Assembly (NCBI RefSeq): GCF_964355755.1
Contig: NC_092670.1
Location: 20,260,795-20,324,794, forward strand
Length of the DNA stretch: 64,000 nucleotides
Source of the DNA: Antedon mediterranea
Taxonomy: Eukaryota > Animalia > Echinodermata
Direction of reading: 5' to 3'
Shown: positions 50,701-62,700 of the stretch, piece after piece
Numbering within the stretch: the first letter of the stretch is position 1
Layout: the number at the start of each line of letters is the position of its first letter
Position numbers and translations under genes: made by a program
Notes under the pieces: generated by a model
Databases searched by the model: none
The model's input: only the letters and a program-made list of their open reading frames with translations
What the model was told of the DNA's origin: nothing

Positions 50701-53700
50701 TTTTATATTTCCTGCTGTAGACAAAAAAAAGATTCAAATCGATAATTGCAAGTGAAATTTCATTCAAAATAAAAACAGATTCGGTAGATCAGTCCCTCAT
50801 TTTATTTCAAGCTTAGCAAACTCTGTATATGTCAACAAGATCTAAAGGGAATCCCGGAAGGTATGGTACAGTTGTATCAAAGAGAAAAAGGTTGATGACA
50901 CCCAATATACAACCAATTCTAAAAAGAGATTAGATCAGATTAGTAGATTATTTTAAGATTAAGATATTTAATTTATTGTTATTCATTGTATTTAGATACT
51001 GTATGGGTTCCATTAAAGTACCAAATCATGTATAACAAAATGGAAATTTAGAAGGAAATATATAAATATTACTTTTAGTTCATGTCACCCAATTAGATTA
51101 TTTTCTTATCTTCTGAATCAGAGTTGAGCTTAACAGATTAGCATGTATTCTATATTTGAATATGAATTTATGTACAGGCACCGTACAAATCGATACAATG
51201 GATTGTTAGTGAGCTTTTAAAGTATTAAAATTAAAGCCGACGTGTTTACGCCTTTATAACGAAAAGGTAGCTAATTTAAAAGGGGTAAATGTTTTATTGT
51301 GTTGGCAAGACAATACTGTACGACCTACTGTAGCCTACTATAAAATAAAACGCTAGACTTGCCAAAGAAATTGAAAATTCATTAATGTTGCTTAAATTGC
51401 TTTTCTATTTGTATAAAGAAAGTAAGACATTTTATCTGAACTTTCAGTGTTTTTCCATATAAACTTTCCTTATTTCAATTTTTCAATCATAGTATTTGAG
51501 TATTTCTCTGTGAATTACAGCAGTGTTATTTTAAGATAATAGCCAGCAGGAGTTCTTTGCCCTAAGCTTCACCCCTATTGATTGGCTTTTCACAGTCCTA
51601 GGAACCTCTGGATTTGACATTAACCACCGGTCCTGGTTGACTACCAATACAATAGTTTTTAGTCAATGCTCCTACAAATATGTTTTTTTACATATAATTC
51701 ATAATTCAAAGCTTTGGTATCTATGTTGTATATATCTACGAGAGTTATGATATGCATGCCCCTAGCACCACATTTGAAGTTTAAACCCTCCCAGCTTGTT
51801 TTCTCTTGGATTTTACTGTATATCGGAAAACAAAATAATTACCAGTTAGATAGTATGTATACGGCTACGATGATGTATATCTTATGAAATTTTATATAAT
51901 TTTTTTTCTTTCAGACTTTCATTTTTACTGACGAAGAAGATGATGAATATGAATTAAAAGCATGTAAGATTTTCACAATTTTTTATTTTTTTAAATTTTT
52001 TAATCAATAATGAAATAATTAATACCAGACGCATAGTGAATTATAAACAAACATTAGTTATGAATTATACTGGAGAATAGTAGAATTGTTTATCCTATAT
52101 TTATTCATATTATAATAGGGAGGTTTCGCAACCTTACGAATACGATAACAAAAACGGATACGTCATACATTTGTGAAACTTTTGAGCTGATCCCCATTTC
52201 ATATTCGTAAAGCGTATTCGTGTTGACGAATATCACCCGTCATATTCCTAACTACAAAACGAGTATAGTTTTTGATCTATTTGCACATTTTGCATTTGAA
52301 TCAGGAATGATTCATAATTATAATATAATTATAGATTTATTGAAAGTAATTTACTAAAGTAATTTACTAAAATGCAAAGTCAATTTTGATAAATAGCAGT
52401 TTTTAAAGTCCTCACACTCGCTTTGATGTTACGCTAGGCCTAGGCAGGCAAGCACCAAGCAACACGTACCTGCGCTTCGCTCAAATTTACCGCAGTCATA
52501 TTTTAGACGCACCCTCAATATTTCGTTGCCATGCGAAACAGATTTTTTTATGGCTTACGAAAACGAATACGTGTGTGTGACGTATCCGTTTTCGTTATCG
52601 TATTCGTAAGGTTGCGAAACCTCCCTAATATAACATTTCCTCCTCTGAAAATGACAATTGTTATATTGCACAGAGATGTAGAAGAAATTATCAAAGTTTA
52701 TAAACAGATCTGTCTATGCACTACAAAGATGATATAATACTTATATTTAATTTGATTGTAACTATGAACAATCATAAAACATTCAATAGATTGGCCGCTA
52801 TCAGGGTCAAAATAACTGTAACAGTTAGCCGTATCTGTAATTATAAATACCCATTATTATAATATTGACAAATGACAATCAGGTTTCCACTTTCATTTTC
52901 GTATACATTTCATATTTCAGTACTTCAATGTCTGGTTTTTGGCTAATCTCAATTTCATGTTTATCTTTTCCTCTTTTGTTCTTATGACTTATTTATCAGA
53001 ATTAAGATAGAGTTAAATTGCAGTTTATCAGTGTTGGTACATTGCGGTTAGCTGTATTCTGCGGCTGTAGCGCGTCCTAACAACAGAGTTATATCGCTGT
53101 TCTTAATGACACAGAGTTTTAACATACAAAAACATATAAAACGTGATTAATTCTTGTGCAAATAAAAGTACCTTTTGACTATCAAACTAATGAATCTGAT
53201 AATGATGTAAAATAATCGGCTACTACTGTATAATACATAATGTAGGCGGATCTAAGGAGAGGGCCCAAGTGGCCTATGCTCACTAAATTTAGAAACTTAA
53301 CAATGCAAAAGATAGGACATAATTTATTAGGTTCAGTTTAGTGTTTCATACCACAGGTCTATATTAATAGTGTATTATTACTACATTTATTGTAATGTAG
53401 AATAATGGAACATGCCTGTTAAGCCAATTATGTTATAGGATACAGATTTCAATTAGCTCAACCAAGTAACACAACCCATTTCTCAAGAGATTTTAATCGT
53501 TTTGCAACTCTGCATGAAACTTAGAACATCAACATGAGATCATTAAAATAAATAATTCACCGGATGACTGCTTGTTATTAGATGTTATTCTCTGTGCTGG
53601 TGGTACACACTGGGTATAAACTAATAACTAAGCATCGTTCACCATTTTCAATTACCAAATTACAGTCTGAAACCACACAAAATTTAAGAATATTAAAAAT

Positions 53701-56700
53701 GAAAAAACTGTTTTTTACATAGATTGAGGTTGAAATACAACAAACGAAATACATCTTTTACCCTTAAGTTCTGTCTACACTATCAAACTAGTTAGACAAA
53801 AAAGTTTGATGTTCCCAAATATGGTAGTGATATGCCCAAATATGGTAGTGATATAACATCATGTCCATATATGGGCACATCTCCTTTTTGGCACATTAAG
53901 TTTGATAGTGTAGACAGAGCTTTAGAAACACTTTTCTTGTTCTACCTTATAAAACATTCAAATCATTTGTTTTCTTAAATTTGTCTATATTGACAAATTG
54001 TCTTTATTCTTCTTATAATACTTTGTACTTATTATATTGTATAGGAGACCTTTCAGTTTTAATAATCATTGTAATGTAATATTCAAATCTGTTATTGGGT
54101 TGTTTGATGTTTGCTTTCTGGCCGCTGGGTGTATATACAGTATTGTACGCTCTTTCTAAACGTGTTGCCTGTAGGTGACAAACAAAAACAAGTTATATTT
54201 ACTTTCTCTGTTTGTTTCTTGATAACAATCAGGTTTTATGATTGAGTGCTGTTTTGTAATGTCCCTATTACGCTAATGTAAACTAAACGTGATATCATTC
54301 CCATATTTCACACGGTTCAAATGTGTACACCCTGTTTTTGTAAAGCTCTGTCTACACTATCAAACTTTATGTGATGTGCCCATATACAGTATGGACACGT
54401 TGATGTAATTCCACTACCATATTTGGGCACATCGCTACCATATCTGGGTACAAAAGCTACCATATTTGGGTACAACACACTTTTTTTGTCAAACTAGTTT
54501 GATAGTGACTAGTGTTAGTTTGACAGAGCTTTATACCATTAAGTTTGAAATCATCAAAGTATAAGTATGGAAAGAGCATTTATGAATAATGTACTTTTAT
54601 TTAGATTTTTCACGTTTATAAAACTTTGTTTTTGAAATGTCTTGAGTTAAAAAAAACTTAAAAAAGGTTTCTAAAAGTCAATTCATTCAAAGCAATTTGG
54701 AATCTTCTGTAAACCTTTAATAATTAATACCCTTTCCACCAGTAAAATCACTACCATCAGAGCATGGAGGTATATACCTCCATGATCAGAGGGTGTACCC
54801 TGAAGCCTATAGTGACTTTTGTTTATTTGTTATTCACAGCTTTTAAAGAAATATTATAAGACTGTTTTGTTTGTATTTAATATCCTGTACATATTAAGTA
54901 ATATGATTTTCTTCTTTTTAGATGGTCATCTCATTGTCAGCAACTGTTCAGCAAGGCATTCACGGTAATTATACTGTAGCTGGGTGTAAGGGGAAGTAAA
55001 TACAAAATTCCCAAACCACATTTTGGAAATCCCAGTGGGTTGGGCGCTTACACAATGGTTATATTCATCATCATTACTGATTATGTTATCACAGTTTGAT
55101 TTACACAGGGAAGTTTACTGTACATAAAGTACAAAATACAATATAAAATGTTAATATACATTGACGTACATAAATCAGATTGCTAAACAGGCTTTTACTT
55201 TACAGAATTGATAATGTTTTATTTTCACAATTTTGGCAAAATCATTGAAACTTATATTTAGCCAATGTTTGTATTATGGTATAAAATAAAGGCAAAAATC
55301 TGTGTTTACAATTATATTATTAATGGACAGCTGTGGAAAGTATAACTTAAATGCCTTCTAAATAGTGATGAAATCCTTGCTGTAATGTTTTTCGTGTGGG
55401 AATATGTTTTGGGAATTAAGCGGCAATGATATGCCTCACATTCCACACTTCATCAACATTGTTTGGTAATGGCATTAGTATTGATAAATAAACGAGGTGG
55501 ATGGAGTTCAGGCGCCTAATTACCATAAACTGTCAATTAGATTTTGGGAGCCTTGTGTCCACTCTCCTTGTATCATACCAAATATGGAATGCAGAGGTAG
55601 GATATTCAAATCAAAGTCAAATCAATTGTTGATTTGTTCCACTTTTCTACTGTAATGTTAAATATTGCCCAACCTGCTGGTTCCGGTTCCAGCTACACCA
55701 CAAACAAGTCTTAACCCATTCCCTGTATTGTTCCTCGAAAGTATGAAAAATGTAGATTAATAAAATCAGACTTTAAATGGGCCATTTTGTAGTTTTAATC
55801 AACTTACAAAATAAAAAAAATAAAAGAAAAATATAATGTTTTCACTTATAAAATGACAAATCAAACGGTTAAATTCAACCCATTGACTGGCAGCCAATTT
55901 GACTATTTTTGCTTTAAATTAGTTTTTCAGGTAAAAAATTTTTGTGAATAACTATGGGACATTAAAATGGCATATTCAACAAAAACAAATTTAAAAATTA
56001 TATATCTTTAATACTATCTATGCTACACTTTTATTTGTTTTTTATTTATTTAATTTCATGGAAATTATGTTTTTCAGGCAAGCTCTTTGCTGTAAGATGG
56101 CAGCTATGTATGATATGTATTTAGAATCTAATAAAAGGTAAGAATTAATTAATTAAAACAGCCACTAGATTTATAAACTATTAAAACATAAGGTTAAATA
56201 AAGGTCTGTTATATAGTTACCTTTAAAATAGTTTGTTATAGTTTCTTAAATGTCATCACATATTTTGAAATTGTTACCAGAAGTTTTCATAAACCAATAA
56301 TTAATATTTTTCTTAAATCAAAAACTTTTTTTAAGAGAGGAAGTTGATAATGATAGAATTATTCTAGTTTGACATTTAGACCCCAGCTTTCCATGCCTAA
56401 TGAATTCAGCTCTTTGTTTAGGCCCAACAACTGCTCCTTTGAGGCTGTTAAAATAACATGATTTATGGGCCCAGTTGCTTTAAAAACTGGCTTGTCCTGA
56501 CAAGTCTTTCATATATGTCCAGCCTAATGTTATTTCGTCGCATGACAAGCCTAATCTGTGACCCACCGATGATAGATTACTCTCCAGTGATGTTGATTTT
56601 AAATGAACTTGGTAGGCTGAGTTCAAATTCAACAAACTCTCGTTATCCGAATGAGGAATTGTTATGTTTTTGGCATAATTAAATTAGGAAGTCTTATCAT

Positions 56701-59700
56701 CAAGGCCTTTGAATATATTTTGTAATCCCATTTTATGTTATTCCAGTCTAATATAACAATATTAAAATGCAATTTATTTTATGTTTGCAATAAATTATGC
56801 CATTAAATATTTTATGTTATCATATTAAGATAATTAATTTAGAAATATCAAGAAATTGAGTGTAATATTATCTTTACAGAAAAGGTTCCCCTAAAACGTT
56901 TTAGTTTAAAAACTGTTAAAAAATGTCATGGTTCTTGTTCAAAATGTGTTTGCAAGTTCACGTGAACTGGTAACATGAATTATTCAAATATGAACACACA
57001 AAAGATATAATATTCTGGTGGCTGACAAGTTCAACCACAATTTGCTAGCTTAATCACAAGAGTTACGAGTATTTAAACTGTTTTTGTCTTTTGGTAATAA
57101 GATGGAATTCTCATGTCTATTCAAATATACCAAATGCATGCACGATTTAAGATCAGTCCTTAGTGGCCGTCTAAAACTTTAAAGTTCGGCTTTTTCGTTT
57201 AATCCCTAATAAATATACCAAATTGTTGTCATATCTACGGTGATGGACAATAAGTTGAGCATGTGCTTTGGGATCTGTACTTAAAGGGCAACTCTACAAT
57301 TGGAATTTCTAATTCTTTAATAATTACTGACATTATTATATATTTTTCTTTTTTTGGAATACTAAATTAGTTGAGCTCCGTAGTATAACTTTTTTAAAGG
57401 GCAAGTATAAGTTGAAATGTCTCTATAAATATAATCCTCGCAATCTCATTTAAAGAATATAAATTTAGTTTAAAATGCTTCAACTAGAAACACATTTGAA
57501 GTATTTTTCTGAAGATATTTTCATTTATATATTTTTTGAGGTGGTTTTTTTTGGTCATTGTTATTAAAACTGCTACATTTTCTCTATATATTTATCATTT
57601 TAGGTGGTATTACATTTTTTTTTAAACTATTTTAGTAACAAAAACGAAAAAAGACAATTATGCATGGTAATAAGATTTGTTTTACATTTTATTTGAATAA
57701 ATATTTTTTTTTAATTTCAAATCAAAGGTGGTTTTGCCATGTAGATGACGACAATTACTTGAATGTAGTCCAACTAGTAAAACTGTTAAATAAATATAAA
57801 CATACAGATGATATATACCTTGGAAGAACAAGTCTGAACCATCCAATAGAAGCGACTGATAGAAATACCCCAGATATGGTAAGTAACGTGTCCACATTTG
57901 CTGCAGTTACTGCAGTAAGCATACTTTATTCTGGTTTGCTTTGAGAAGTTTTAAGCAAACACTTGTAAAATTTAGAACGGTTGATAAAGTAGTGTAGATA
58001 AAAAAAAGGTGTGATATTGGTAGTGATATGGTTAAATATGGTAGCGATATGACATCATCATATCCATGGGCACATCCCATTTGTTGTCGCATAAAGTTTG
58101 ATAGTGTAGACAGAGCTTAAAATTATTCCACTGATGACATTCAACAAAACTTGATACAATAATAAAAAATAAAAGATCTATTTTATTTTTTAATTTCAGA
58201 AAAAAGTAAAGTTTTGGTTCGCAACTGGAGGTGCAGGATTTTGTTTAAGTAAAGCCTTAGCTCTAAAAATGAAAACATATGCAGGGTAAGTATCCTACAT
58301 TAGTACATGGCCCGGGATTTTAACACATGTCATGAGGTAACAATGAGGATGAAGTCAGAGCTGTCTCATGGTGATCATGGGCGGATTGCTATAAAACAGT
58401 CTTAACTGATGGTATTAACTCCCCGATTAAAGCCGGCTTTATTAGATAGGGGGGCCTTACTAAAGACCACTGTTAGACCATTGCTATAAAACAGTCTTAG
58501 CTAAGACCGCATATAGTAACACATTGAGGGTGTACACTTTATGCGTAGTTTACCAAATAACCTAATGGTTGTCATGCTTGTTCAAACGCAATCATAAGTC
58601 TATAGAATAAAATCACCGTTATTATTGATTTAACACTTAAAAGTAGTTTAATTGGTTGTCTTTTACGATAAATAATACGTAAACGCAACAAAAATAGAGG
58701 TTTAAGACTGTTTTAAGACTCCTTCGAGTAGGCTTTGATTTTAAAGGCCGTTTTCAGGTTAGACCGCGGTATAGCAATGTTCTATAATAAAGACTAAATG
58801 CTTATAGCAATCCGCCCCTTTTCCCAAATTGAAAGAGTACAGTGTAATGCATTTGATGTGCAGAATTTGTCTTTATGTCGATATGCCCTCCTTAACCCCA
58901 AATTAATATATGCTTTTACACATACAGTAGTACAGTAGGTCTTGTAGCCTATAGCCAGAGGATTCAAAGAATCTTCCCTTTTTGGCAAAGTGCCTTTTAA
59001 ACTAGAGACTATGCAGCAGAAAAAATTATAGAAAATGGGCATAACTAGCCTAGATGGAGACGGATAAAATCTTCCCTGTAAAAAGCCTCACTACAGCTTG
59101 GTCTGATGTTAATAATATGACATTCCTTTGATTTATTATAGAGGGGGAACGTTTAAAAGTGTGTGCAATAGAATACGCCTACCAGACGATGTCACTGTTG
59201 GCTTTATATCAGGTTTGTATACTCAATTATTTTCAAATTCAGTAAAACATTTGTTATGAATATTATAATATGGAAACAAGGAATTTAGGCCCTGTTCAGA
59301 CCCATGGCGTTAGACCGTTTTAGCGTACGACGCTAAAAGAATGTGTGTCTGAACAGTTGGGGATTAGCGTACAACGCGTCGTACAACGGTTGTAGCGTTG
59401 TAGTGGAAAACGGTTGATAGTACCGTTTTAGCGTACGACGCTACTGTAAGTCAACGTTGTATCCAATCAGAACGTTTCCTGTTATGACGCGATACAAGGT
59501 TTGACCTAGTCTGACATCTTGTATCGTCAATGTGTGTGAGATGGATTTCAATAACACAAAAAGGCCAGAATAAATAAGGCCTAACTACACTACAAATACA
59601 ACTGTTACAAAGGCTACAAACTACTATCAACTGATTACCATTATATTTTCTAACAAATGACATAAATACATGCACCTTGTATTTAAACATAGGGACTACG

Positions 59701-62700
59701 ATCCCATCCGCTTTTAGGCCTAGCTAGGCCTAGAGCCATTCACGCATTTCATTCAAGCTAAAAACTAGCGTGGGACATCAAGTCACTCATTCATACAAGG
59801 CAGACTAGACTGGACAAGTTTAATGCTGAAAACCCCCTAACTCCTACAAAATTCAGTAAACAAACAAGGGGAGCTGTGTCCCTTTTATTAGCAAGTTAAG
59901 GGTTATTTTCAACCGACTGGAACAAAGAATATATATCTTTGACTGGACTGGATTGACTAATCACAATCAATTTTTTCTTCATCATAAGGAGGCCTGCTTT
60001 ATTTTCGTAACACAAGAGCCTGGGGAAAATGTTTTTTAATAAATAATACAAAATAAAAACAATAGAAACAGAAATTTGGCTTTACTATATTTTTCTTAAA
60101 TAATGCTGAGGTATGTTTTATTTACGGCAAATTTTGTCATAATTGTAGGGCTGAGATCTAGGCCTATATACAGTGGAAATAATGATGAAAACACGTGGGT
60201 AAGAGCACATGAATATGCAACTAGAAACAACCTGAATGACGTACTTCCGTTGTAACGATAATCGTACGCTATGGGTCTGAACACCTCGTTTTTTTCTCTG
60301 CGGTTTGTAACGTGACCTTGCTAGTAACGTTGTACGCTAAAACGGTCTAACGCCATGGGTCTGAACAGGGCCTAACGGTCTAACGCCATGGGTCTGAACA
60401 GGGCCTAACGGTCTAACGCCATGGGTCTGAACAGGGCCTAACGGTCTAACGCCATGGGTCTGAACAGGGCCTAACGGTCTAACGCCATGGGTCTGAACAG
60501 GGCCTAACGGTCTAACGCCATGGGTCTGAACAGGGCCTAACGGTCTAACGCCATGGGTCTGAACAGGGCCTAACGGTCTAACGCCATGGGTCTGAACAGG
60601 GCCTAACGGTCTAACGCCATGGGTCTGAACAGGGCCTTAAACGGTCTAACGCCATGGGTCTGAACATGGCCTTAAACGGTCTAACGCCATGGGTCTGAAC
60701 AGGGCCTAACGGTCTAACGCCATGGGTCTGAACAGGGCCTAACGGTCTAACGCCATGGGTCTGAACAGGGCCTAACGGTCTAACGCCATGGGTCTGAACA
60801 GGGCCTTAAATTAAGAAAACTAACAAAACCAAAACATTTTAAATGTTTATAAATAAACTTTCTTTATTTGTACATACACATGCTCTGCTATCATCTTTCC
60901 ATCGCCCACTCCTTACTACATTTACCAGATTCACAGATCTTATAGCTAAAACGGTCTAACGCCATGGGTCTGAACAGGGCCTAACGGTCTAACGCCATGG
61001 GTCTGAACAGGGCCTAACGGTCTAACGCCATGGGTCTGAACAGGGCCTAACGGTCTAACGCCATGGGTCTGAACAGGGCCTAACGGTCTAACGCCATGGG
61101 TCTGAACAGGGCCTAACGGTCTAACGCCATGGGTCTGAACAGGGCCTAACGGTCTAACGCCATGGGTCTGAACAGGGCCTAACGGTCTAACGCCATGGGT
61201 CTGAACAGGGCCTAACGGTCTAACGCCATGGGTCTGAACAGGGCCTTAAACGGTCTAACGCCATGGGTCTGAACATGGCCTTAAACGGTCTAACGCCATG
61301 GGTCTGAACAGGGCCTAACGGTCTAACGCCATGGGTCTGAACAGGGCCTTAAATTAAGAAAACTAACAAAACCAAAACATTTTAAATGTTTATAAATAAA
61401 CTTTCTTTATTTGTACATACACATGCTCTGCTATCATCTTTCCATCGCCCACTCCTTACTACATTTACCAGATTCACAGATCTTATAGCTTATAATAATA
61501 TAAAATGTTCATCACATTATACAGATAATTTAGTCATTAAACTAATTTTATAATATAAGTAGTACTTGAGATCTAAAGCATATTTTAGGTCATCTGCAAG
61601 ACTTTTTTTTTTATTGGGTGTTAATATTAAAATTATTACAATTGGCAAATATAGTGTTGTACCAATTTTCTCTAAAGCTCTGTCTACACATCAAACTAGT
61701 TTGACAAAAAAGTGTGATGTGCCCAAATATGGTAGTGATATGCCCAAAAAAGGTAGTGATATGACATCTTCATGTTGATATATGGGCATATCACATTTTT
61801 TTGTCGCATAAAGTTTGATAGTGTAGACAAGGCTTAATACAAAAATATTCAGATATAAAGGGGCAATTGAATTAAATATTTTTTACATAAATGGGCTTCT
61901 TTGTCTGGAATATTAGAAGTAGGTTGGTCTTCTCAGTTGGGGTAACTTTTTTTGTGCTCGCATATTTTCATGTCATTACCGTTTATAGATTTTACTTTAA
62001 ACTTCCATTTGTTTTTTGTGTTAGGATATGTTTTAAATACAAAGTGACAAGAATATAAGAACGTTTATTTGATTAGTTTAACTAGGTGTTAATAAATAGG
62101 AATTAAGTGTAGTGTAAGTAAGTACATTGCTCATCATAATATGATCATGAAATAACAATGACGTTGTACTTAACAATTTAAATTTAGATATTTGAAAAGT
62201 AAATATTGTATAAAGAGGACCGTAATTTTTTGTTGTTGCTTTTAACAAATGGGTATGAATATGATAATAAATTGAAAGAAATTTGAGATAATGATAATAA
62301 TAATAATAGCTCATTCTTCTATAGCGCATATAAGCAAGCTCTCATTTTTTGGGATCAAACACGTATGAAAACATACTCCCATAATTCAGCTAGTAATCAG
62401 CGCAAATTACTGTAATCTTGGCAGCAGAAACAGAATCAAGGTTTATTTATTCTATTAAACTCACATCTAATAATAATAATAATAATAATAATAACTTTAT
62501 TGTTTCTCTTTTATAACAGAGGCACAATTCTCAAGAGATGTGCAACAACAAAAAAAATAAATATGGACTTATCTTACTACACAATCAAATACAAACATTA
62601 TCAATTATTACATTAAAAAGTATATACACATTAGGTTATAAAAATACATTCAATACATTTGAGCGAAAAGTAAAAGATTGTGATATGGACGGATATTATA

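Noticed and set aside
60341-61349. 33-bp repeat arrays as a CRISPR array
   Set aside because: The units are directly adjacent with no unique spacers, there are no cas genes, the context is eukaryotic, and the unit is the end of the adjacent transposon TIR.
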